A stretch of DNA of 64,000 nt, taken from the NCBI RefSeq assembly GCF_020745735.1, contig NC_083426.1, positions 29,884,001 to 29,948,000 on the forward strand, read 5' to 3'. This stretch comes from Hemiscyllium ocellatum. Taxonomy: Eukaryota. The translations under genes and the position numbers were made by a program. This document shows, in pieces, positions 38,471 to 50,300 of this stretch. Under the pieces are notes generated by a model. It did no database searches. It worked only from the letters and a program-made list of their open reading frames with translations, and was not told the DNA's origin. Every line of letters starts with the position of its first letter. The first letter of the stretch is position 1.

Positions 38471-40326
38471 TACTTGATAAGGACTCCACACAGGTTTCAT
38501 GTGAATATGCTTAAAAGATATTTTGATAGGGGAGGAAAGCAAAAGGAGAAGGTGTTGATGATTAAAGCACAGAAGGAAGAAGCAAGTTCAAAGGATTCTG
38601 AATTGGACATTCCTCCTATCAAATTGGACAATGAGGAAGTTGTCAAAAATTGGGACAAATTATTGAGTTACCTTCTATAAGAAAATCAAAATGACCTGAA
38701 AGAGTTATTACTATCACACGGGGAGATATGCGGAAATAAGCTGGGAAGTAATAACCTAATTGTGCATGATGTAGAGATAGGGGATGCTGTTCTGATTAAG
38801 CAACATCCTTATAGGCATAACCCTCTGGAGTTGGCACAGGTTCAGAAGGAGGTAGAGCGCATGCTCCAAAATGGTATAATCAAAGTGAGTTACAGTGACT
38901 GGAGTTCACCCATAGCCACAATGCCAAAGCCAGCTGGTACCCAATGGTTATGTGTGGACTATCGCAAAGTCAATGCTGTTACAAAGACTGATGCATGTCC
39001 AATTCAACGGTTGGAGGACTGTGTTGAAAAAGAGGAATAAGAAACTTAATTTCCAAGTTGAACTTGTTCAGAGGATACTAGCAAGTACCTCTGTCAGAGA
39101 GAAAAAAGGCAATTTCGGCTTTCATAATGCCAAATGGACTATATCAGTTCAAAGTCATGCCATTTGGTATGAAAAACGCTCCAGCCACATTTCAGAGACT
39201 GACCAATAAGGTCATTGCCAGATTACCCAACTGTATGGTGTATATTGATGACATGGTTTTTAGTCATTCATGGAAGGAACATTCATAACATTTATTGGGC
39301 TTGTTCAATCGACTTCGGAAGGCAGGCTTGGTGGTAAACCTAGCTAAAAGTGAATTTGCCACAGCCCAAGTCACCTTCTTGGGCCATGTTATTGGACATG
39401 GACAAATGGCCCCACAAGATGGGACAACGAAAGTAATTGGGGAATTTCCCACACCATCGTCAAAAAAAAAGCAGTATTATGGTTCCTGAGGTTGAGTGGA
39501 CTTTACCGAATATTTGTAAACTTTAGCAGTGTGGCTGCTCCACTCACCGAAAAAAAAGGGCAAGAAGTTTCAGTGTACAGTGGACTGTCAAAAAGCATTT
39601 GACAGTGTAAAAACTGTGTTAACCACTGCCTCAGTATTCGCCACATTGGATTACACAAAGCTTTCAAGTTGGCTATCAATGCCAGTAATGTGGGTGTCAG
39701 TGCAGTGATCTTGCAGGAGTATGACAAGGGAATAGAAGGACCCATCGGGTATTTTTTCAGGAAGTTGAAAGTTCATCAACAGAAATATTCAATGATGGAG
39801 AAAGAGACTTTAAGTTTGGTGTTGACATTCTAATATTTCATTGTTTATATTACCAACAATGCATCTGAGATGATCATATACAGTGATCACAGCCCATTGA
39901 CATTTGAGGAAAAATGCCAGATTGTTTAGATGAAGCTTGTTGTTGCATCCATTCAATTTGACAATTGTTCTTGTGGCAGCTTGCAAAAATGTGATTGCCG
40001 ATGTGTTATTGAGACTCAAATGAGATATGGAGGCATTTGGTGGTGGGTGTACCGTGGCCTTAATTTGTTTGGGGTGTGCATGTTTGCATGTGTATTGTTA
40101 GTATAGTGTATATGTGTGTTTAGACTCGTAACTGGGTTTTGAATGGTTAAAAATGAAGCCATCTTTTGGTATTGATGGTCACAAAGCTAGTCTCTTTTTT
40201 GCTAAAAACTGTTCCTTGGCTCAACGAGACTCTGTCCTTGATTTTTTTTCAGAGGGGCAATAAACCAGGCTAGGCTCCTATCAGTCTGGTTTGGTACAGA
40301 GATGAAAAGGATTTTGAGAGACCTTT

Positions 40327-40327
<1 letters not shown>

Positions 40328-40378
<51 letters not shown>
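40328..40378. repeat. Compound (TG)n(TA)n(CA)n microsatellite in the 3' LTR
   Basis: Direct reading; the 5' LTR has only TTGTTTATATGTAAACAG here. Confidence 0.9.
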
Positions 40379-40997
40379 GATGAGACTTCAGGCTAAAGCG
40401 ATCATGTTTTAGAAGTGACCTGTATAAAGAAAGGAGAGTGGTCAGCTTTTTCGCTGATTTGAGCAGTTTTAGTTAAGTCTTAAACTGGTTGGATGTTCAA
40501 CAGGGAGCTGTGTGAAAGCTCTCTCTCTTTCTGTTTCTGCCCTTCAACTTCAACCTGTAAGCACGTGTTCCATTTATACTGGTTTTTAAAGGGAGTTTGC
40601 TTATTGGGACTGTTGTGTGTATTCGGAACAGCATAATTAAATCTAGCTGGATAGGTTGAGTTCTGTAGGGGTTCTTTATTTTGTTCTTTGTGTTTCATTG
40701 TGAAATTTTGTGAATATATTTTTGTCTGTTTTAGAATCTAGTAATCAACCTTACTAACTTAATCCGGGTGATTTTCACTGTACGTTTACCAAAACAAATT
40801 GCAAAGTTACAGTCTGGGCTGCCTGCTTAAGAATGTTTTGATTGGTCTAGCTTAGTCCACAACAATATACTTTAATCAAGAGAAATTCTAGCTTCATTGC
40901 ACTTTGATGTAAGTAACACATTTTTATACGGCTGATACTTATAATTTGGACATCTTGCAGACTGATGATCTTTGAACTGACATGTCTTTTGTTCATG

Positions 40998-41202
40998 AGT
41001 GTGGTGCTGGAAAAACACAGTAGGTCAGGCAGCATCCAAGGAGCAGGAAAATCAACGTTTTGGACAAAAGCTCTTCATCAGGGCATTGATGAAGGGCTTT
41101 TGCCCGAAATGTCAATTTTCCTGCTCTGCCTGACCTGCTGTGCTTTTCCAGCACCACCGTCTCAACTCTAATCTCCAGCATCTGCAGTACTCATTTTTAC
41201 CT
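40998..41202 (+). mobile_element. Short PLE family A foldback with 16-bp TSD
   Basis: ATGTCTTTTGTTCATG at 40982-40997 and 41203-41218; back-to-back decayed hammerhead cores at about 41055-41113. Confidence 0.88.
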
Positions 41203-42289
41203 ATGTCTTTTGTTCATGTCCAATTCTTTTAATAATTATTATATTTCCCTGTAGCACTTCAGCCCTGTGGTTTTTGAATTGCATTGATTTTCAGTCTACA
41301 TGATCAAGTATATAAACGTAAATCTCTGTAAACTTGAAAGACTTTCAATTATTTTTCATTGGAATGGAAAACTTGATTGATTTATTTACTGTTGTTACAT
41401 GTAACGAGATGCAGTGAAAAGTGTTGTTTTGCATGCTATAAAGGCAGATTGTACCAGACAGAGTGCATCAGGATAGCAAAACAGAGTGCAGAATTAGTCA
41501 TCCAGTTCTGATCTGAAAATCAATTTTAAATGAAGAATGCATTTATGTTGTATCTGACACAATCATGGGTATTTAAAGCACTTAAGGCCAATGAAGTATT
41601 TCTTAAGTACAATTGCTGTAATGTTGGGAAATACAGCTGCAGATTCACCCCCTTCCTATCTCTCATTCCTGGAGAACACATCCCAGATTAGGGGTGAAAG
41701 AGCTAAGATGTACAATGGGTTGGCCAACATCTATCTCCTCTATAAACAGAATTCTTGCCTCAGCAGGAAGGACCATGACCACTCATATGATGATGCCATG
41801 TCACAGCAACCAAGTAAGATTCACTGTCAAGTGTTGCGTTACTCTTCCTTTATAGCCACTGTGAATGTACTCTTAACATACTCAAGCTTCTACCCTTATT
41901 TCACAATTCATTCTCTTTCTGATATACTGCAGGCATCAGTTACATCTGCATACTGTCTCCATGAAGAGACCAGCCCCTCACGACATTGTCTCCCTCTCCA
42001 CCTCTCAGGAAGAAGTCACATACCTCTAAGATGATACTACAGCAAAGCTACTTCTGGCATCCTCCACCAGCTCAGATACAAACACCTTGGTAGGTACATT
42101 AGTTAGAGTTCAATCAGGAGTAGATTCTGGTGAGCATTTTATTATCATGTATCTGCAGTTAGTTGAGGTAGAAGCATTCTGGATTGCTGGCACTCAGAGG
42201 ACTGCTGGGAATCAAGTAAGAGTCCACCAATGATATCGGTACCATGCTGTCTCTGACAGTTTGGCAGCTGCCATGAAGAACAATTTCTT

Positions 42290-42470
42290 CCCACCGTCCA
42301 AAGGTGAGTAGTTTATGTGGATTGCCCATGGTAAAAACCCCATGTGGGGTTATGGCGATAAGGTGGAGTGAGGTGGATCTGGGTGGATGTTCTTTGGATG
42401 GTTGGTGCAGATATAATGAATCAAATAGCCTATTTCTACACTTTTGGGATTCTATGATTCTGATTCTATG
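42290..42470 (+). mobile_element. Diverged HE1-related SINE 3' half
   Basis: TTCTTCCCAC.GTCCAAA..GGATTGCCCATG..CCTATTTCTACACT..(TTCTATGA) tail. Confidence 0.6.
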
Positions 42471-43169
42471 ACAGCCAGATCCAACATATCCAGTGTCTGC
42501 TGGATGTGTGCACAGACCCATACTTTATTGTTTTAGCCATTGGTGCTCAGTACCAACAACATGGCAAGCCATCTTGACCCTTCTGTGAGCACCTGATCCT
42601 CACAAGGAGACAGAGTGATGCCATTAGGTACCAAGACAGAGGAGGTTCCACATACAGACCCCCAGAAATCTCTGAGGACACTTCAAATGTACCTGGGCTT
42701 TCTATCTCTACTCTGTTTGTCACTTGCGACTTGTGGGAGTTCAGGCTGAAGAGGGTACATCTGCATTTGGGCAGGATACAGTCAGAAGTTTTGGGCTCTC
42801 AAGCCACAGGTGCTGCTGGGGTAACCTGCCAACAGGTTCAGCTTAGGACAAGCACCTTCCATCCCAGCTTCAGACAGCGGAACTGTACCTAGATGTCACG
42901 GGAGGGAAAGGATAAGACTTCCATCCATTTGGATCATTAAACTTCTTTTAAACAGCATAATCCATATAGGAAGATCAAAGATGCACTTGGATTTGGGATT
43001 ATACAGGGGATGTTGGCATCAGCAGCATCAAAACGTTTGCAGTCTGTGAAAGATGACTTCATGCAACTGAGTTCCATTTAATTAAGTTCATGAAGAATTC
43101 CTTCACGTATTACCTTGACTGATGCTGAAATTCTGTAGGATGCTGAAGGTGCTGTTCCATCTGAAGAAT

Positions 43170-43480
43170 GTCCTCACATTCTTGCTGTGCACAGTGCAGC
43201 AGTTGTCAATGATCTTCATTATTAATCCATAGCTTCAGTGTGTCCTCCTGTTATTCAGTGTACAGTTTTAATGGTAGCCTGGGACTGAAAAGTTCCAGTC
43301 TAAGCCCCAGGCATGACCTGCATGGAAAGCAGACGTTGAGAGGACATTCTGTAGCCCTTGGTTGCCCAGTGGAAGAAGATATGCAGATTTTAGAGATGCT
43401 GAATATCATGACATGGCATTCTGACCTCCCCTGCTGGACAGAGTATGGCTATGTTGCTTTTCTCTTGTTTGCATGGAGAC
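43170..43480 (-). mobile_element. PIF/Harbinger transposase remnant (very decayed)
   Basis: Minus strand CHD, LGNQGY and NCCTVHS scraps resemble HARBI1-type HD / LGDxGY / CCxLHN. Confidence 0.4.
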
Positions 43481-43519
43481 TGTGGGTGTCCGGCTCATTT
43501 ATCCAATTTTAAAAAAAAT

Positions 43520-43890
43520 TCATAGGATGTGGAAGTTGTTAGCTGGACCAGCATTTATTACCTCTCCCTAATTGTCCTTTAAGCAAATGGCTTGAGGGCA
43601 GTTAATATTCAACCACGTTGATGTGGGGCTGAAATTAAATGTTGGCCAGAAGACATAAGGATGGCAGATTTCCTTCCTAAAGGGCATTAACAAACCAGAT
43701 AGGTATTTACATCAATTGACAATGATTATATTTTTGCCATTAAAATAGCTTTTAATTCAAAGTTTTCTTTTATTAACTTTAAGGGAATTTTGCCACTTAA
43801 TATGTTGGGTTTCAAACCCATTTCCCAGAAAATTACCCAGGCCTCTGGATTACTTATCCAGTGACATTACAACAGTGCTATTATCTCCAT
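43520..43890 (-). mobile_element. tRNA-derived SINE, family 2
   Basis: Collinear with 9280-9557. Confidence 0.7.
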
Positions 43891-44210
43891 TGTCATGGGG
43901 AGCACCTTTAGGTGCAAGCTCTGCAACTGGAGAAAACTTCACATTAGTTGGAGGTTGCGGCTGGGCCTGTGTGTGTGTCTATGACCATAGGATCTGTGCC
44001 TGGATCCACTGGGAAAATTTCAATCATCCTCTCTGGGAAATATCAGAAACAAAGCACCTCCTCAATTTAGTGATCATTCAGCAGGAGTACCGCAGACAAA
44101 TAACATTTGAACTGGGTTCTCCAAACATTGGGAAATTGAATCCCATGGTAATGAGGCCAGGGGTATTCCTCAACATGAACAATGCAGATTTTTGCCTTTA
44201 TTCAGATATA

Positions 44211-44415
44211 AATGTGTTGCTGGAAAAGCGCAGCAGGTCAGGCAGCATCCAAGGAACAGGAGATTCGACGTTTCGGGCATAAGCCCTTCTTCAGGAATGA
44301 GGGCTTATGCCCGAAACGTCAAATCTCCTATTCCTTGGATGCTGCCTGACCTGCTGCGCTTTTCCAGCAACATATTTTCAGCTCTGATCTCCAGCATCTG
44401 CAGACCTCACTTTCT
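44211..44415 (+). mobile_element. Short PLE family A foldback with 16-bp TSD
   Basis: CCTTTATTCAGATATA at 44195-44210 and 44416-44431; arms nearly perfect. Confidence 0.92.
44263..44298 (-). ncRNA. Intact minimal hammerhead ribozyme motif
   Basis: Minus strand ATTC-CTGAAGA-A-GGGC(TTAT)GCCC-GAAA-CGTC-GAAT: perfect stem I (ATTC/GAAT), stem II and core. Confidence 0.8.
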
Positions 44416-45097
44416 CCTTTATTCAGATATATGTTGCTCTAGCCTTTGACACACATACTGTATCAGATTGCACATGTGGCAGCAATAATGAAGACTTTTA
44501 CCCCTCTCTCAACTTCCACAGCACCCAAGAAAGACAGTATTGCGTATAGGATAATGGGTGTGAATGTTTTATACTCTGAGGTGTGAAGTGACAGCTCTAT
44601 TACGTTGTGCAGACTGTGGAACTGTAGAAGGTGACTGCTCCTTTGATAACTAGGATCAATCCTTCCAGCCCACAAGACATCACCTGTGCCTCAGTTACTA
44701 GTTGGATTAATTTATAATATTGTTTGATGTGGTCAAGAGTGATTGGAGCCAGGATGTTTTTAGTCGATCAATGTGTGAGATCCAAGCCCAGAATATTGTG
44801 ATAACTGGTGTCTTTCACCTTATTGTGTGAGTGTATTGCCCTTCAAAGAGTCTCAATTACATGAATATGAAGTTCCCTCTATCAGAGAGAACAAAAAAAA
44901 CTTATTCTGTCAAACCTGCTATTTCTATTTCCATTGATGTTTTACGAATTGGGTGAGAATGGAAAGCAACCCAAGTTGCATTTCACAAAGTGAGGTGCGA
45001 GCTCAGCCTTTCATTCAAGATGATGCCTTAAATCTTCATATACCTCCCTCCTGTGCCCTCCCTCTTAACGCGACCAACTTTCATCTGCCCACTTATA

Positions 45098-45365
45098 TGA
45101 TGTACAGCATGGAAACAGACCCTTCGATCCAACCTCTCCATGCCGACTAGATATCCCAACCCAATCTAGTCTCACCTACCAGCACCCGGCCCATATCCTT
45201 CCAAACCCTTCCTATTCATATACCCATCCAAATGCCTCTTAAATGTTGCAATTGTACCAGCCTCCACCACATCCTCTGGCAGCTCATTCCATACACGTGA
45301 AAAAGTTGCCCCTTAGGTCTCTTTCATATCTTTCCCCTCTCAACCTAAACCTAAACCCTCTAGCT
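45098..45365 (-). mobile_element. CR1 LINE 3' fragment
   Basis: Reverse complement of 24880-25150. Confidence 0.9.
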
Positions 45366-45539
45366 CTGTCACCGTCAAATTTCTTTACAGTACATGAAAT
45401 AATAGGAAATAGTATATCAATGAGGCAGAATCAGCATTCATGAGATGCAAGTTACCATTTATAAGAAAGATTTTCACCCTGCTGTTCAAAACTTGGTTCT
45501 AGAACAATGTTTTTCTTCAATGTTGCCAATCTCATTTTT

Positions 45540-45895
45540 CAAATCTTGCTGCCTTTTCCAAACTGATTTGTCATTTCGCAGGTCGTTGAGGGACTGGGAA
45601 GATAATCTATTTTCAGTGGTATTTGTTGGATGGTAAATATTGCCAAGGACACTAGGAGAACTCTCTTGTTCAACAACTGCTTTAGGATCTTTTATATCTT
45701 TTTGAGAGGACAAACTAATTTCAGTTTAAAAGATTTTAGCTGATTCAAAACGTAACCACTTGTACAAAGTTAGTGCATTTCTATTGGTGCACTGCCTCAT
45801 TAGAGTATCAATCTGGATTACATGCTGAAGTGCTGTGGTTCAACCTGGACCCATGACCTTCTGATTTTAATGTGAGAGTGTTGCTATTAAACCAA
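45540..45895 (-). mobile_element. Deu-domain (SacSINE1-like) SINE, diverged
   Basis: Reverse complement contains GTTCTCCTAGTGTCCTTGGCAATATTTACCATCCAACAAATACCACTGAAAATAGATTATCT (Deu-like) and a tRNA-like head. Confidence 0.55.
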
Positions 45896-46344
45896 AATCT
45901 ATCAGTGCATTTAAAAGAAGAAAATGAAGAGGGTGAGATTCTATGCAGTTCAAGACAAGTTCTGGATCCTGTCTAAATGGACATCAAAATTTGTTTTCTT
46001 TGAATAAATGTAGACAACCAACCAGAGTTAAATCTCAAATTGATATCCTATATGTATTCAACTTTTGTAACATGCATAATCTTTGAGTGGAAATACGACA
46101 TTAGTTAAAATGGTGTTCTAAAGTTCTAACATTTCATTTGACCACCATCTTCCAAATATATATTCCATACACCAAATCCATTTAACGCACAACATTAGAA
46201 ATTTAATTTAAAAGCTTTTAACAGAGGAACACCATGGCAAGTTAAATGTTAATAGCTCAAGATAAGGCACTATCTGTATTCTACTTATTTGGGAAATATA
46301 CTATGAAGTTTTAATTTAATCTTCAAGAAATTTGGAATAAATTG

Positions 46345-47350
46345 ATTCATAGAACAGTTACAATGGACAAAGAGACCATTCGGCTCGTTCTGTCTGTCTG
46401 TCTATAAGAACAAATCACTTAGACCAATTCCACTGCATTGCAAATTATTTTTGTTTTAGATGCTTTTAGTGTTGAAAGGCAGATCAAAATCATTTGGTGT
46501 GTTTAAAATGGTTTTCCTTATGTCACCATTGTTTCTTTTGCCAATCACTTTCAATTACTGCCCTTTGATTCTTGACACTTCCACAAAAGGGAACTATTTT
46601 TACCTACTATTCCATCGGGATCTCTCATGATCTTGCACACTTCTGTTGAACCTTTTCACAACCATCACCTCTTCTGAAGAGAACACCAGCTTCTCCAATG
46701 TATCTTCAGTATAAGTACATGATCAGGAGTACTTTTCCAGTAAAACTCTTCTGCTAATTCTCCAAAGACTTTACATCCTGCTAAAATATGGTGTCCAGAA
46801 TTGGATGTAATACTACTACAGTTCAGACCAAATCAATATTTTAAAACGAGTCATCATAACTTCTTTGCTTTTGTACTCTATGCATCTATTTATAAAGTAC
46901 AGGATACTGCATATTTTTGAACTCCTTGTTAAACCATCTTGCCACCTTCAAATGTTTGTGCACATTTACTCCTAGTTGATTCCTTTCTGCAATTCCCTAA
47001 TATTGAAACCTTTAATTTTTGTCGCCTCTCCTTGTTCTTCTTACCCAAATGCATCACTTCTGATTTTGCATTAAATTTCACATCTGTCTGTTACACCATC
47101 ACGTTTATGTTCTTTTAAAATCTTCACCATTCACAGTACTTTACAAGTTTTGTGTCCTCCTTGACTAGGTCTAGTTCATTCTGTAAATCAACACAAACAG
47201 TGGTCCTAGTGCTGACCCTTGGGAAAATTTGCAGTATACATTTTCCCAGTCTGAGAAATGTTTATTCATCTCTACTCTGTGTTTCCTGTCTCTTGGTTAC
47301 CTTCAAATCCAAGCTGCTATTTCTTTTATTCTATGGGCAAGTCTATAACA
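46345..47350 (-). mobile_element. Old CR1 LINE 3' part
   Basis: Degenerate reverse complement of CR1 RT/C-terminus and tail (CATAGAACAGTTACA..CCATTCGGCTC). Confidence 0.6.
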
Positions 47351-50300
47351 TGGCACTTCATTCAGTTTTTGTTGAAGTCTGAATTAGTGAATAGTGTAAC
47401 AAAACTTGATCTTTCATATAGAATAGCAGAATATGGATTTTTACACATGTATTCCCCAGGTAGAATGACTGATCTGAACATATTGCCTATGTGAAATCGA
47501 TATAAAATATCAACATAATGCGAGAAATATGTCAAGTCAACATGCAGACCAAATAGCTATCATTTTTGGATGTGCGTCATCAAAATCTAGGACATAATAA
47601 TCTCCTCATAAAATAAGCAAAGTCTGTTTCATTGTTAGTGAATTGTCATTGTTTTATTTCATAACATTACAAATATTTAAATATTAGCATTTTATAGTAA
47701 TAAAAGGAATCAATTTGTTTTTGAAATAATTTAAAAGTAGGAAAAACAAACATTGCACCAAAATTTTGGCATTAAATAGTGTATTTCATTTTTCTTATTT
47801 ATATACCATAAAAAAAATCACTCCTCAGCAAAACACAAAGCCTGATAAAGATTCCAGCGTGACAGCCACTTTACTTCTAATTGTTTACATATGGTCAGCT
47901 GTCTGCTGTGGTTGCAAGCTTTTGTCGTAGTTACTTGTTTATATAACTATTTAGTGCTGTGAATTAGCTTCCTGTTCTCTCCATGTGCATGGAACAGTAT
48001 GCTATACGTTTCTATTTTCAAGAAAAATCAATGCATTATTTGAAAAATGAACACATTTAAAGCCATAGTTTTGGCACAGGACTAACTAGTATATTGTTAA
48101 AAAACAAATATATTTAACTATTTTAAAAGTCAAATTCTTATGTTTCTAATTTAGCATAAGAATCTTTACCAAGTACAGACATGACTCAGTTATTTGACCG
48201 CATTTCCTGTATAAACAAGGGTGTAGGATTAGGAAGTCAAGTTTAAACAGAAAATGACAAAACAACTTGTATGAAATGTGTTATGTAATCCAGAGTAGTT
48301 GTGTGATTTCAAAAAAAACCAAATAACATTTTTTTTATAATAGCAATATTTCACACAAATGGTTTGCAACTGAATCTGGCTAATTGGATTACTGCCAACA
48401 TATGTGCATTACCAGAGGGAGTTGTTTTTTAATTCTTTCATTGTGATTTGAACATTCCTGTCGGAAAAGGTTGCATTAATACCAAAAAATACCATGGACA
48501 GCAGCATTCCTGCAACAGTGAACTTATTTCAAATCTTTAACTATTTAAAGCTGTCAGAACTGCTTTAAAACAGAGGTTGTCTCAACATGTGGACGTGAGC
48601 AACAAGAAAAGAAATAAAAATAAAAACATGAACAACATATTTCGGATATTGCTTTTTTATTTATGTATGCATAACTTTGATCTAATTTTCTCTGCTTTTT
48701 TCCTCCTGTAATGCTATATGTTTCCATGTCTAGCTTGTACAAAGGAATTCAAAACATATTTAAAATTGTCATGGAGATCAGTGCTGAAGTAATTTTCCAT
48801 GTTGTGCTGACCAACCAGTAGATTCATGAAAATGGCATTTTGTTGTTTTCCTTGCCATGCAAATCATAATGTTTCCGTATTTATGCAATAGACATAGACT
48901 AAACTCACTACTGAAAGTAACGTGCTGTAATTACAAGTTTAAGTATCCATGGCACAATTGTTAATGACTGCTAATAAACAATGCTCACACTGAAATTTAA
49001 CAGTTGAAAACGTGAAGACTCATTCCTTCAGGTATTCATTTGTATTAGTTTTCCTTTCTGTCATTTTTTTCCACTCTCAATCCAAACTTTCTTTCCTGCT
49101 CTTTATTTCCTTTTCTGTCACTGACTTTCCATTAATTTCACCCACTCTAACGTACAATTCCTACACTATCACTCCACTTCTAATTTCACAGTCTTCATCT
49201 GATTGTTGAAGGAGATTCATATTTCCTCATCCAGTTCACTCATTTTCCAAATGTCAGATTTCCCTTGTTGTAAGGTTATTAACATGCACATTCAACTTAA
49301 CATGTTGCATAACACATTTAAAAAGCCAAGAAATGCAAAGATAAGTCTGTCTAACTGTGAATGCTATTGGATACCTTGCCATGGTAAATTGTGGTGTATT
49401 ATAAGTAAAATTGGTTACCAGAGAATAAAACAGAATTACTTTTGTTGATGTTAGTTTCTCCAACCCTATAAACTGCTATCTATTCAAATTCATTTCAATA
49501 GCTTTTGCTAGACTAAGCAAAGCAAGGCACAATGATAGCATGTGGATTTGTGTTTTTAGCTAACAATCAAAGTATAATTTTAGAAACAAGTGTCTACCAT
49601 TCAAAAATTGAATTTCTAATAATAATATTTAATAAAATCAATATTTAAAATCAAAAACTGAGAAATAAAAACTGACTGTCAAAATAACAATAAAAGTATG
49701 AGTGATGCACAGACTTATCAGCATCTGAAAGAATGGTAATATTTTGAGTATATCTTTAATCAGTGGTCAAAATACACTATTTAAATATTATCTAAATACA
49801 CTATTTAAAAGTTCTATTTAAAGTTCCATGCAGAGTTTATTCCTTTAATGTGATAGATGACAATCATGAAACGCAAAGACATTACTACCACGAATTTGCA
49901 AGGCAAATAAAAAGCCCACTATTTAAAATGGTGACTTCAAATAGTTATTGGACTCTCTAAAACAGCATTTTCAACAATTTAAGCTAAACTTATTCACTAT
50001 CTGAACTTGAAAACTATACTTTAATGTTATCAAAACTATACTTCTGGAAAATTGCCGTAGATTCATCCTATATTACATTTGTCAGTACCATTGCCACTTC
50101 AGCAGTAAAGGATACACTTCATTCAAGAATGATTATGTGTGCACACAGTGATTTTCTACACAGTAAGGTATCTAATATAGGCCACTCCAAAGATAACAGT
50201 TAAGACTTTTTGCAAGTTGCAGAAAATCTGGAAGAGCTCTGAATTTAGAATCTTTTTGTGAAAATACTAGACCCAAGTCTGAAGATTGTGAACAAGGTGG

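Larger units (their letters stand above)
34201..40864 (+). mobile_element. Decayed Gmr1-like Ty3/Gypsy LTR retrotransposon (gag-PR-INT-RT-RH)
   Basis: LTRs about 34201-35071 and 40190-40864 are collinear and end in CA; protease LRDTGSSQS (about 36595); integrase H-H-C-C AHELPLGGHLG..CHMCHTC (37258-37551); RT IKQHPYR..WSSP..CVDYRKVN, YIDD (38762-39255); RNase H about 39660-40010; many stops. Confidence 0.92.

Noticed and set aside
49770-49810. AAATACACTATTTAAA direct repeat as a regulatory element
   Set aside because: Short local duplication in AT-rich sequence with no other support
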